Origin: Chrysomallon squamiferum
Lineage: Eukaryota > Animalia > Mollusca
DNA: 64,000 nucleotides
Assembly: GCA_012295275.1 (NCBI GenBank)
Contig: CM022677.1
Coordinates: 4,030,001-4,094,000, forward strand
Direction of reading: 5' to 3'
The translations under genes and the position numbers were made by a program. A model generated the notes under the pieces. It was not told where the DNA came from, searched no databases, and saw nothing but the letters and a program-made list of their open reading frames with translations. Shown piece after piece: positions 1 to 12,389 of this stretch; the stretch's first letter is position 1, and each line of letters begins with the position of its first letter.

Positions 1-1286
1 AAAACTCAGAAAATGGAGAAAAATCAGAAAAAACCCTGATGAAAACAAAACAGTGAAAAATAATAACAAGGAAGCTGAAACCATCGAAGCAGAGAAAAAC
101 AACAAACAAACGAGATTGATCAAGCGTCCGTCAGAAGAAAAACTGTGGAGCTTGGTAGAAAACAGAAAACAAAAACAGAGACAAGCAGCGCGCATGAAAA
201 GTGTGAGAGAAAGTGTTGCCAGGGCAATGAACGAGTATGGTGGGGGGAATATAGACAAGATATAGAATATTTTAAAAATGGATAATAGTTTTATAACTTT
301 TCTAATTCTAATTATGATTTTGTCTATAAATGTAAATGGACTGAGAGATATTGAGAAATTAAATTCAGTTTTTGCAACTATTAAAAGTAAACATGCAAAT
401 ATTATTTTTCTACAGGAAACATTTTGGGATATTGACTTCATTGAGAGATATAAGCATTTATGGGAAGGAAATATATTTTATAATAATTGTCCAAATAAAA
501 AAAGAAGGGGTGTAGCAATACTGGTATCAAAAGAATGTCCTTATAAGTTTACATTTAATAGTTGCAACACTGAAGGCAGGATTTTAAAAGTTAATACTAA
601 AATAGATGAAGAAGAATACAGTTTTATAAATGTATATGTGCCAAATATTGAAAAAAGAATTTTATTTTTTAAAGGATTATGTAAATTTGTGGATTTATAA
701 AATAGAATAATGGCAGGAGATTTTAATGAAATTTTAGATCCTAATTTAGATTTAGGCATTAATAATAAAACTTTGAGTATGAAAAGTAGTAATGAATTAC
801 AGTCAGTTATTTTTAATTATAATTTAGTTGATATTTGGCGACACAGATAAAAGGCAAGTTACTAGATCTCAAATTGTTGAAAAAACTATAAAACAGTCAA
901 GAATTGATTTATTCTTAATTTCTAGAAATTTATTACAGTTTATAAGTAATGTATACATATCCTATACCTCAGTTAGTAATCACAATTTTTATCACTTAAA
1001 ATAGATTTTTCTCATGCAGAGAGGTCAAGGTATTTGGATCTTTAATAATGAATTGTTGAAAGATGAAAGTTTTTGTAAAGCTATTATTGAAGTTATTAAT
1101 AATGTTTCTGAGTGTCCTTTGTTACAGACTGAACCTAGTGTTTGGTGAGCCAACTTAAAATATAAAATGAAAACATGTGCAAGAAATTTTGCAATAAAAA
1201 AGAGAAAATCAGATAACAAAAAATATTATAATATCCAAAATGCTTTAAAACAAGAATATGCTAAACAAGCTGTAAATAAGCATCAT
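1..1286 (+). mobile_element. Degenerate L1/Tx1-type non-LTR retrotransposon: end of putative ORF1 and APE endonuclease part of ORF2
   Basis: ORF 278-700 has APE motifs (LSINVNGLR, FLQET, RRGVAIL, EGRIL, FINVYVPN). After frameshifts and stops the sequence continues with MAGDFN, SRIDLFLIS and GIWIFNNELLKDESF. A basic/charged ORF ends at 265, just upstream. Confidence 0.88.
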
Positions 1287-1865
1287 TGTTGTATCTAAAT
1301 GGTGTTATAGTTAACACTGTTACAGTTTACGATGTTTAGGGAAACTGGAATAAGGGAGAGAGTATTATATGATGTCACCCTAGCGTGCGTCAGTTTTTGC
1401 TCATAGCCATTTTGAAATGAAATAAATTGTTTGGAAACTGAAATGAACTTTATGTTTTAATGTTAAAACATAACAATTGGCGATGAGGATGGGATAACAC
1501 TTGTTGAACTGTTTCCTGAAATTAACTGTTTATGAAATATGGCTACCTACAGTAAAGTTGAAGAGTTTGATTTAGAAAATTGGGATGAATACATCGAACG
1601 TTTGGAATAGTATCTGCTGGCGAATGATGTAGACGATGCTGAAAAGAAACATTCCATTTTGTTGTCCGTATGTGGTGCCAAGACTTACAGGTTGATTTGA
1701 AATCTGACTTTGCCTGAGAAACCAGCAAGTAAGACTTACGAACAATTGAAAACCTTGATAGGAAATCATCTCAAACCAAAACCTTTGGTGATTGCGGAAC
1801 GGTTCAAATTCTATCAACGGAAACAAGAGCCCGGAGAGACTGTAAGTGAATTTTTGGCTGAAGCA
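1287..1865 (+). mobile_element. Ty3/Gypsy LTR retrotransposon 5' remnant: LTR (~1287-1475), PBS (1478-1496), truncated gag (1539-~1865)
   Basis: TGTT...AACA-bounded segment containing AATAAA, then TGGCGATGAGGATGGGAT, complementary with 1 mismatch to the tRNA-Ser(GCU) 3' end. Gag reads MATYSKVEEFDLENWDEYIERLE*YLLAND...LLSVCGAKTYRLI*NLTLPEKP...VIAERFKFYQRKQEPGETVSEFLAE, with two in-frame stops. Confidence 0.85.
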
Positions 1866-1919
1866 TTAAGAGACATTTTGTCACATTTCACTAAAAGCAA
1901 GCAAGTCACAGAATAGTGC

Positions 1920-4900
1920 TGACTATATATTTGACTGTACCGGCATTGCAGATTTCAAAGTTTGTGGTTCGAGAGTAACAGGATTAATGGGAGACAACTC
2001 TGTGCCCGGCAAGATGTCATAAAGCCACCCTACATTAGAAAGACTTTCTCACAAACATCTTGAAATCAGTTTTATCCCATTATTCTGAGCATAATTTACA
2101 TGAGAAAAGATAATAGTTGTGAAGTAATCTTGCATTTGCACAAATCGTTTTACTTAATATATATTCAAATATATATTAGTTAATGAATGAAATATACATT
2201 AATTAATGAATCAAATACACATTAAAAAAATGAACCAAATATATATTAATAAAAAAACAAAATATATATTAATTAATCAACAATTTATATATTAATGAAT
2301 CAAATATACATTAATAAATTTACAAAATATATATTAATTAACAAACAAAATATATATTAATCAATGAATCAAATATAGATTAATCAATGAATCAAATATA
2401 GATTAATAAATGAACAAAATATAAATTAATTAATGAACAAAATATATATTAATTAACAAACAAAATATTTATTAATCAATGAATCAAATATACATTAATA
2501 AATGAACAAAATATAAATTAATTAATAAACAAAATATACTTTAATTAATAAACAAAATATACATTAATTAATAAACAAAATATACATTAATTAATGAATC
2601 AAACACACATTAATCGATGAATGACACTTTTTTTAGAGGAGGATACTGTGACATCAAAAGCAACTTAGATTTATTGTTTAAAAATTATTCATTAAGGAAA
2701 CAGACCAATGGGAAGATATATATATCTGTATATATATATCCTGCAATCAGTGTACATTGTGCCAAGATATGACTAGATTAATTTCTGTATGTTTGACCAC
2801 TGACCACGAATGGAGCTTTTTGGAAGAGAATAATATTTACTTCAATACACATCTTTACTCTTTTAAACTTACTTCTTAGTGTTTAATTTCTGGTTTAGAC
2901 ATTAAAGACCATTTTGAAAATAACAAATAAATTGTTGTTATTTATGAATTATTTTGTTTTGTGTTATTGCAGGATAAAAAAATACATTCAGATTATTTCA
3001 CTAGTGAAAATATTTAACATTTAGCATGTCCTGTGTTTAAAAAAGAAGTAAATAAGTGACATGTCTCACACTGACCTGAATATTTCTATATCTCTCAGAT
3101 GTTTGTGCTGTTGGGCGACCCACACATCGAGACCACTGACGTTGACCTTGAATTCTACCACTTGTAAAAAGAATAAAAAATAAAAATACTTTTAAAACTG
3201 TGTGTATGAAGACAAAACAAACAAGAGAGAGTGTTAAATGAAAACTGTGAAGACAAAACAAAAAAGCAGCAGTAAGTGATCACGTGACACTAACAAATCT
3301 TTCACTAACTAAACTGTTGGAAAATTTGTGATTCTCTTTTAAAAACTGTATTATCAGGTTAAATTATGCTATATACTGATTCTGTTTCATTTAAACTGCA
3401 AGCACAAACCTGTATTTAAAGATTTTTTTAGCATTCTTACAAAAAAAGTTTTGATATTCGATGAATCCAGTGTTAAATAGCTTGATGATGAAAATAATAC
3501 AACATAAACCAAAAGGATATCAAAATTAAACATGAAATTATTGACCTCGTCATACTTGTTACAGCTGCAGAAACTACATTTCTGTCTGAAAACAATCTAG
3601 ACTTTGCTGATGGTCAGAAAGGATGTCTTCTCTACAGTTTACACTGCATACAACTTATCATTGCATTTGCAAAGCTTAAATTAATAAAAACACGTCTAAG
3701 TCACAAGAGAGATTAACTCACTTTGGTTTAATTAGTACAGAAGAAAGAAATCCTCTCATTTTAGGTGAAAAAAAGAAAAAGTTTTAAAAAACATTTCTTA
3801 CAAGAGAGTTCATTTCAAACACTGAAATTACAAATAATCAATGTAGTTAATTTATATTTAATTTGAATAAAAGATTTATTTGTCAATTTTAATTTATTTT
3901 TTAAATATTGAAAACATGATCCTTTTACACATTTTCTAGTTTTGGGGTTTTTTTTTGGTTGGGGTGGGGGAGAGGAGGGGACATAAAACTAGGGAGTTAG
4001 CTATGTGCATCATCAAACTTATGCACAACACTACATCTGTCAGTGAACATTTTTGTTTTATAACCAAATCAGTTCTGTCATATAGTTTTAGCAATAAACT
4101 AGCCTAAAAATATGAAGCTAAAATTTCTTTCCTTAATTAGAATCAGAAATTTAGCCTTTTATGGGCCTCAGTACTTAGATATAACTTCCTTTTCACCTGT
4201 TAGATTGCTTCCCTTTAATTTATATTTTACTCAACTTATTCTAAAACGCTTTATATTAATTTTCCAAATATTTTTATTTTCTGACGACTAAAATAATGAA
4301 AATTAAAAAATAAAAATTTAGAAAAAAATAAAAATTTAATACTTATGACATGACTCTTATTTCAGGTTATATCACTTTCTGTTGATTCCGTTTTAACTTA
4401 AATAATTTAACATTAAAAATACATTAACAAACCTTCAGTATTACAAAAGGTCAAAGCATGGGACATGGTAACAAAAATTTATTATAATTTATTATACTTT
4501 ATTAAATGTATGTCGAAAATAAATAGTGTACGTTAACAGGTTTAAGGTTAAAATATTATTTCGAAGACACTTTTATTATTTATCCATCTGAAACTGTAAA
4601 ATCTGAAATAACTTATTTAAAAAAAAAAACAAAAAAAAAACAATCAACTATATTAATATAATAATTATAATTAGCACTTTTAAAGTTGTTGGTGACTAAT
4701 TTTGTTTACTGAACTTTTCCTCGCCAGTTTTTTATTAATTCATCTATTAAAAGACCCCAAAAGAGACATTCATTGATTTACCACGGATACAATAGTTAAA
4801 ACTGAACATGTTTTGGAAAATCATCAGCGAGATTTCAGCTCAAAAAGTAGTTTTTCAACCTACCTTCGATCGACACAGTTATTTGCGCTCCGGTATCGCC

Positions 4901-4951
4901 ATGAGACTTTTTCGCACATGCGCAGTTGACACACTCGTGGGGATTACGTCA
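1920..4951 (-). pseudogene. Possible degenerate spliced gene of unknown product (candidate exons 4864-~4910, 3076-3154, <=2058)
   Basis: Minus-strand GTAGGT and GTCAGT donors with pyrimidine-rich acceptors. The phase-consistent join reads EFKVNVSGLDVWVAQQHKHLRDIEIFR|CL*ESLSNVGWLYDILPG. A CpG-rich patch lies upstream. No family recognised. Confidence 0.3.
2160..2615. repeat. AT-rich degenerate minisatellite (~26-bp unit)
   Basis: Repeated ATTAAT(T/C)AATGAA(T)CAAA(A)TATA-type units. Confidence 0.8.
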
Positions 4952-4955
4952 GCTT
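4865..4955 (-). promoter_or_regulatory. CpG-rich promoter-like patch with NRF1-like and CRE/ATF-like motifs
   Basis: GCACATGCGCA at 4914-4924 and TTACGTCA at 4944-4951 in an otherwise CpG-poor region, next to a minus-strand splice donor. Confidence 0.35.
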
Positions 4956-5204
4956 TTATATTACATACCACAAGTTAAACAAGGCTTTTAACTTACTAAT
5001 TAGATTAATAACTAATTTCTGTACAAAATGATCTGAATAAAATGTCCGATTGCAATATACATATTATATACATACCATGGCCGTAACTACACTGAAGAAA
5101 AATAATTTTGTATCTGTATAAATGAACTATCTATTGTTTTACAGAATTTTTTGTTTCTATTAATTAATTAATTTATTATTATTATTATTATTTCTTCTTA
5201 AGGG

Positions 5205-5640
5205 AAGTCTGTCTGTATGTATCTATATAGATAAATATAGATATATGTACACACCTCTCTTTCTCTCTCTGCATGTGTGTATGTGTCTCAATGTACATAT
5301 ACATACATACAAACATATATATATGTTTTTATCTGTGAGTGACGTGTAATTTGTGTATCATTGTCTGTATGTATGTATGTATCTATATAGTTAAATATAG
5401 ATATATGTACACACCTCTCTTTCTCTCTCTGTATGTGTGTATGTGTCTCAATGTACATATACATACATACAAACATATATATATGTTTTTATCTGTGAGT
5501 GACGTGTAATTTGTGTATCATTGTCTGTCTGTATGTATCTATATAGATAAATATAGATATATGTACACACCTCTCTTTCTCTCTCTGTATGTGTGTATGT
5601 GTCTCAATGTACATATACATACATACAAACATATATATAT
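5205..5640. repeat. Tandem repeat, ~180-bp unit, ~2.5 copies
   Basis: The block ATATGTACACACCTCTCTTTCTCTCTCTG...GTGTCTCAATGTACATATAC occurs three times. Confidence 0.85.
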
Positions 5641-6445
5641 GAAGCACTATTAGTAACATAACAAACACCAATAATGCATCTACTACCACACTACGATAAC
5701 GATCACCCCAGTAACAGTACGACTACATCAACTGCTTTTTATTCTCAGTAACTTAAAAACGTATATTTTGTAAGCAGAACTATTTTATAATCTATCGACT
5801 ACACCTTAGACCAGTGCTTCCCAACCTTTCAAATATAGCGACCCATTTTAGAACAAGCAATCAGGAAGCGACCCCAATCCTTAAAATATCTTATATATAC
5901 ATTCATTTTTTTTTGTACAACAAACTGCCATATATTACGATTATTGAATTATAGATTATTTATTCGTGAAGTAACCATAGATTCCGTAAATTCATGATTA
6001 ATTTCAAATTTATTCATAAAAAATTCCAAAGCTCCTTCAAACATTAATTAATTGCAAATCAATTCAAAATTATTCGAACACACAAATTTCCACCGTTATG
6101 TAAAGTATGTTTATGAACTGAACTTAATGAGACGGCTGGTATTACAGTTTTTTAGCTAGCAATTCTCTCCTGGGCTCCGTTGTCGATATAGCACACCTCA
6201 AGTCGTCTTCCACATTTAATTTATTTCGGTACTTGTTTTTAAGGATGAGAAGTTGGGAGAATGCTGCTTCACATAAGTCAGTTGTTGGGAACGGCAATAA
6301 ATATAATTACTGCTACTAATACTGCTACAAAAAGTATTATTATCTCTATTATTAGTAGTAATAGTACTAGTACTGGATTACTGGTAGTATTATTATTTAT
6401 TATAGTTATTATTACTTATTATTGTTATTATTATTATTATTATTA

Positions 6446-6524
<79 letters not shown>

Positions 6525-6670
6525 TGTTCTTATTGTTATTGTTATTATTATTATTACTATTATTGCTATTAGTATTATTATTATTATTATTACTATTATT
6601 ATTACTATTATTATTCTTATTATTCTTATTGTTATTATTATTACTAATATTGTTTGTTGTTGTTGTTCAG

Positions 6671-7082
6671 TAAGTCATGGAGAGGAGTGTGCTGACTCGT
6701 GTGATGGGCGTTGCTATGGGAAACTGCCGAACCAGTGCTGTCACCCCGAGTGTGCTGGGGGGTGTAACGGAACCAAGAACACCGACTGTCTGGTGAGTTG
6801 AACTTTGACCTCAGACCAAACATTAGCTCACTAAACTGTATGTAACCCTGTCTGTTGTTTGTGATTGCATGTGTGTGCATTTGAAATCTAAATTTATTAG
6901 TAGTAATATTTATTATTATTATCACTATTATCATTTTTTAATTTTTTAATGCTTTTTTCAGTCTTGTCTTCATTTCCTGAATGAAGGTGCCTGTGTGCCC
7001 TACTGTCCCCAGCAGTACACATATGACCTTGACCTTGGTAAGATGGTGCCTAATCCAGAAGCCAAGTTCACACTGGGGTCTC
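6671..7082 (+). pseudogene. Duplicated fragment of the EGFR gene (exon 5 6671-6792, intron, most of exon 6 6962-7082)
   Basis: Near-identical to 23500-23911 including the intron and the preceding (TTA)n tract. It encodes [16 protein letters not shown]...TDCL|SCLHFLNEGACVPYCP...AKFTLGS and is truncated before the exon 6 donor. Confidence 0.93.
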
Positions 7083-7490
7083 AGTTTCTACATCAGTCTG
7101 TATTTGCTGAGTTTCTGCGACAGTACAGTCTCTATTTACTGCGTTTCTGCGGCAATCTGTATTTACTGAGTTTCTCAATAAGTCTGTATTTGCTGAGTTT
7201 CTGCATTAGTCTGTATTTACTGAGTTTCTGTATTAGTCTGTATTTGCTGAGTTTCTCAATAAGTCTGTATTTACTGAGTTTCTGCTTCTGTCTCTATTTA
7301 CTGAGTTTCTGCACTAGTCTGTATTTACTGAGTTTCTGTATTAGTCTGTATTTGCTGAGTTTCTCAATAAGTCTGTATTTACTGAGTTTCTGCATCAGTC
7401 TCTATTTACTGAGTTTCTACATCAGTCTCTATTTACTGAGTTTCTGCTTCTATCTGTATTTGCTGAGTTTCTGCTTCTGTCTGTACTTGG
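7083..7490. repeat. 27-bp minisatellite (~15 copies)
   Basis: Unit AGTCTGTATTTACTGAGTTTCTGTATT and variants; produces the spurious SLYLLSFCI repeat ORF. Confidence 0.92.
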
Positions 7491-7529
7491 TGAGGTTTAA
7501 AACTTCCAGTAGAAACATTTCATACAGCT

Positions 7530-7750
7530 ATTTTTTCAACCGAATATTTTCAAGACGTGATGAAAATGCGAGGGGTACCTTTTTCAAAGTGGAATAACTT
7601 TGCCTCCGCACGTGGCAAAAATGGGGCACACATACCCAAAAGTTGGTCAAGGGTTGCCCGACACGGGTGAAAAGTGGCGCACGCCCCCACCCAAGGGGAA
7701 CATCTCGTTTCTGACACGTGCAAAAAACGCACATATTTGTATGATTCTTG
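7530..7750 (+). repeat. Dispersed repeat family, copy A (partial)
   Basis: GAAAATGCGAGGG.TACCTTTT..AAAGTGGA.TAACTTT..CTCCGCACGTGGCAAAAATGGGGC is shared with 15765-16140 and, inverted, with 53240-53757. Confidence 0.88.
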
Positions 7751-8045
7751 AAATTTGCTGAAAAAGGAATATTTTTGAAGAAGAACTGGTGAAAGGACTT
7801 TATTGGATTCTGCCAAAACTAAAGGCTTGAATGATTTTGAAAGAAGGTTAATTTAATTTGTGAATGAAGAAGACAAGTTCTAGAATTATTCCTGTATGGA
7901 AGCTTTTTGTTATTTCTCTTCAGTACATGTATAATGTGTTAAGCACTGTCAACCATTGTTGTGGTTGAGAACTCATCTACAACCATTGCTCTTGATTATA
8001 AATAACTGTCTCCGTGAATACAACAATAACAACAAAGTAAATCAG

Positions 8046-8154
<109 letters not shown>

Positions 8155-8408
8155 TTCAAACGCTGATGCCTTACCAAACAAACGTCATTCAGAAAGTAAA
8201 ATACAAGTTTCCTTTTTGTCAGCCATTTTAGTATTAATATTAGTAATCGTAGTAGAGGGATAGAAATTGTGGCAGTGAGGGTTATAGTAGTAGAATCATG
8301 TATGTATACTACTATTGCTAGTAATAGTAATAGTTGTGGCAGTATTATTATTAATAGTAAGAGTAGTAATATTATTAGTATTGTTGTTGTTGTTATTATT
8401 ATTATTAT

Positions 8409-8446
<38 letters not shown>

Positions 8447-8768
8447 TCATTATTATAGTTTTTAGATAAAGGGAAACTGAACATGCAGTTTCAGTGAAGA
8501 ACAATATTGTACCGCTTCTGACAGAGAGAGGCTACTTCTGATCTGATAGTAAGTAGTAGTAGTACATAACTGCAGTAGTAATGGTACTGGCTGTTCTAGT
8601 AATAATTGTTGCAATTAGTGTAGTACTTATTTATTTTCTTAAACACTAGAGTAGTATTAAAAATAATAATAATAGTAATAATAATGGCAATAACAAAATG
8701 TTTATGGGTTACACTCATGAAGTTTTAAATTTTATTTTTTTATTTATTTACTTATTTACAATGAACAG

Positions 8769-8935
8769 AAGCAGAATATGCAGCTAAACGAAAGAAAGTT
8801 ATCATACGACTTCTGATGGAGAAAGGTTTCAAACCTGATGGTTGGCTGGGAATGATCAATGAGGCTCAATTCTGTTTTGAATTCAGTGGCAAATATCCAA
8901 AAATACAGCAACTCATAAAGGAGCTTGGAAGTAGC
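8769..8935 (+). pseudogene. Isolated exon encoding the C-terminal half of a TIR (TIR_2-type) domain
   Basis: After a CAG acceptor the frame reads (E)AEYAAKRKKVIIRLLMEKGFKPDGWLGMINEAQFCFEFSGKYPKIQQLIKELG. EAEYA...K.II.L.M....PDGWLG is characteristic of invertebrate cytosolic TIR_2 proteins. No upstream exon found. Confidence 0.75.
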
Positions 8936-9903
8936 AGTAAAACTTATTGTAATTATTATGCATATTTGAGTTGTAAATATAAATAAAATATCACTGAAAC
9001 ATTTATAGAAAAGAAAAAACAGTTATCATGAATATACAAATACTAGCATATGTAAATTAGCATTTACACATACATATAAAGCATATGCAATATTGTAAGT
9101 AGTGATGTCAGTATCTCCTACCCCACACTGACATTGTCGCCACCTGAACAGAAATAATAAATATGTGTCAGGTGCGTTTACTGAGAAAATACTCTGTGTA
9201 TCATGTCTATTTCAGTGTGAAAACTAACACAGATGACGTTAATGATTATAAATTGTAACCTTTGTTACTTAAAGCTATGCGAAGACAGAATAAACTGTGC
9301 ACCAGCATATTCGAAATAAATGAAAGCCCACACAACTGGGCAGTAAAATATAATTATTGTCTCATCTTTAATACATAACATCTTAACTTTAAAATGAAAG
9401 CAATATGCGTAAATTAATTACTGATCTCAGATGATCTGTTGCACATTACGAGTTATACTATTAACCAAATACAAAAATTCTTACTTCAGTGACAACTGTT
9501 TATGATCCTGTCACGTCAAGGGCCAGAGTGGAATCCTTGCTTAAATTCTAGACAGCAGTTGCCATATATGATCATGTGACATGACCATATAGTTCCCAGT
9601 GATAACGAAAGCTCCTACTAGGAGACAGTCATCTTAACCTATAATGCTAAGACTTTAAGAAAGTTTCATACAGGAGGCAGTCATCTTAATCTCTTGCTAG
9701 CACTTGCTCCCTTTTGATTACTGTTATGAAGTAATTAGTTTAAAAACCTTAGATACTGACCTTTATGGAATAGGAAACTGGTGATTATTTAACTGTTCTA
9801 CACACACATACACATATATATATATACTCATATACATGCACACATATACAGAGACTTACACAAACACATAGATAGAGACATTGAATCCTTTTAATTTAGT
9901 ATC

Positions 9904-9963
<60 letters not shown>

Positions 9964-10356
9964 TATTTATGTTTATATCTTTGCTTTTTTGTTGTTTCGT
10001 TTTTGTTATTTTTATTTTTTAAATATTTTACTTTATTAGATATGTAATTTTTAAAATTTTAAAATGTATTTATTCTTTTTTTTCTAGGCTGCGCAAGAGA
10101 CAAACCTGAAACGCTTTATTTATCGGCGATATTAAATAAATACACTGGCACGTATTCAATGAGTGTATAATACTAATTGTGGTTGTTGTAGCAGGAGCAG
10201 AAAAAGACTAGTATAACTAGTACCAGCAGTTGTTGTTGTAATAGTAACAATAGTAGCATTACAAGTAGCAGCAGTACTAATAGTAGCAGTAGTAGTAGTA
10301 GTAGCAATAGTAGTTGTAGTAGTAGTGCAAGTGGTGCTGGTGTTTTTACTACTGTT

Positions 10357-12389
10357 GAATTACGTATTATTTTGATTGGAAAAACAGGAAATTCAATCCT
10401 TGGTGATTCCTGTTTTGGCGTTAGTGGTGTCAGTCAGCGGGCTACGACCACGTGTCAGTCAGGGTTGTCCTCTCGGTTTGCTCTCAAATCATGGTCATTG
10501 ATACTCCCGCTCTTTTTCATACACGACATTCTGATAAGGAAATAACGGAGGAAATCAAAAAATGCATTGCTTTGTGTTCCCCAGGCCCATCTCACTGCTG
10601 TGTTTCCCTATCTCACTGTTGTGTTTTCCTATCTCACTGTTGTTTTCCTATCTCACTTATTTATTTATTGAAATGTTTTCCTATCTCACTGTTGTGTTTC
10701 CCTATCTCACTGTTGTGTTTCCCTATCTCACTGTTGTGAAAAACTCTCACTGCTGTGTTTCCTATCTCACTGCTGTGTTTCCCTATCTCACTGTTGTGTT
10801 TTCCTATCTCACTGCTGTGTTTCCCTATCTCACTGCTGTGTTTCCCTATCTCACTGCTGTGTTTTCCTATCTCACTGTTGTGTTTCCCTATCTCACTGTT
10901 GTGTTTTCCTATCTCACTGTTGTGTTTCCCTATCTCACTGTTTGTCAAACGATTCCTATCTCACTGTTGTGTTTCCCTATCTCACTGTTGTTTTTGTTTC
11001 TATCTGTTGTGTTTTCCTATCTCACTGTTGTGTTTTCCTATCTCACTTCTGTGTTTCCCTCTCTCACTGCTGTGTTTCCCTATCTGACTGCTGTGTTTTC
11101 CTCTCTCACTGCTGTGTTTCCCTATCTCACTGCTGTGTTTCCCTATCTCACTGCTGTGTTTCCCTATCTCACTGCTGTGTTTCCCTATCTCACTGCTGTG
11201 TTTCCCTATCTCACTGTTGTGTTTTCCTATCTCACTGCTGTGTTTCCCTATCTTTGTGTTTCCTATCTGACTGTTGTGTTTTCCTATCTCACTGTTGTGT
11301 TTCCCTATCTCACTGTTGTGTTTCCCTATCTCACTGTTGTGTTTCCCTATCTCACTGTTGTGTTTTCCTATCTCACTGTTGTGTTTCCCTATCTCACTGT
11401 TGTGTTTTCCTATCTCACTGCTGTGTTTCCCTATCTCACTGTTGTGTTTTCCTATCTCACTGTTGTGTTTTCCTATCTCACTGTTGTGTTTCCCTATCTC
11501 ACTGTATTTGTGTTTCTCTCACTGCTGTGTTTCCCTATCTCACTGTTGTGTTTCCCTATCTCACTGTTGTGTTTTCCTATCTCACTGTTGTGTTTCCCTA
11601 TCTCACTGTTGTGTTTTCCTATCTCACTGTTGTGTTTTCCTATCTCACTGTTGTGTTTTCCTATCTCACTGTTGTGTTTCCCTATCTCACTGTTGTGTTT
11701 CCCTATCTCACTGTTGTGTTTTCCTATCTCACTGTTGTGTTTTCCTATCTCACTGTTGTGTTTTCCTATCTCACTGTTGTGTTTTCCTATCTCACTGTTG
11801 TGTTTTCCTATCTCACTGTTGTGTTTTCCTATCTCACTGCTGTGTTTGTAGGAATCGATGAACTGGAGCGACACGGGAAGACTCTCGACGATTACATCTC
11901 AACTGGAGGATTTAAAGAAACTGATTGCGGTGACAGGTGCGCTGGTACAACGTGAACAAGGATGAAGGGCAAGTAAAACAGTTGATAGATCTGGTGAAAA
12001 GAAACGTAGGGAAGAACAGTCAAAGCTTCTACACCACTGATATGCTGAAAGCTGCAGAACAAGCAGTACAAAAACGGGAGCAAGAAATACTGAAGACGAA
12101 AGAAGGAGAGATGGAGTGGGATCCTGAAGACATGGAGAAGACGTCAGGAAAAAGGAATGAGCCATATTTCAGATCCTTGTTAGAAACGTTATCAATAGAG
12201 AACGAAAAAGATAAATGGGATCCCAAGCAGATGGAAGAGAAAGAACGTGAGAAGTTGGATATCACAGAAGATTTGTCGGCAAGTATCTTCTTAAAGGTCA
12301 GATGTTTGGCAAGAAGCGAAGCAGAAATGGGAAAACCCGCCATTCTCGGAATGATGACAAACGTGATTCGTCAGTACGTACCAGAATAA
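10357..12389 (+). pseudogene. GIMAP/AIG1-family GTPase pseudogene interrupted by a minisatellite
   Basis: ELRIILIGKTG-NSILG (GKS of the P-loop missing), TTTCQ, frameshift, IMVIDTPALF...EEIKKCIALCSPGP. After the array: YLTAVFVGIDELERHGKTLDDYI, CGDRC, QVKQLIDLVKRNVGKNSQSFYTTDMLKAAEQ and a charged coiled-coil-like tail to the stop at 12389. Confidence 0.88.
10589..11848. repeat. 21-bp minisatellite (~60 copies)
   Basis: Unit CTATCTCACTG(T/C)TGTGTTT(T/C)C. Confidence 0.96.

Noticed and set aside
5812-6300. hAT-type MITE beginning CAGTGCTTCCCAACCTTT
   Set aside because: The left end is suggestive, but I could not identify a matching right TIR and 8-bp TSD.
10562-11955. 429-aa and 337-aa hydrophobic or Cys-rich ORFs
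   Set aside because: Produced by the 21-bp array; only the flanks are GIMAP-derived.
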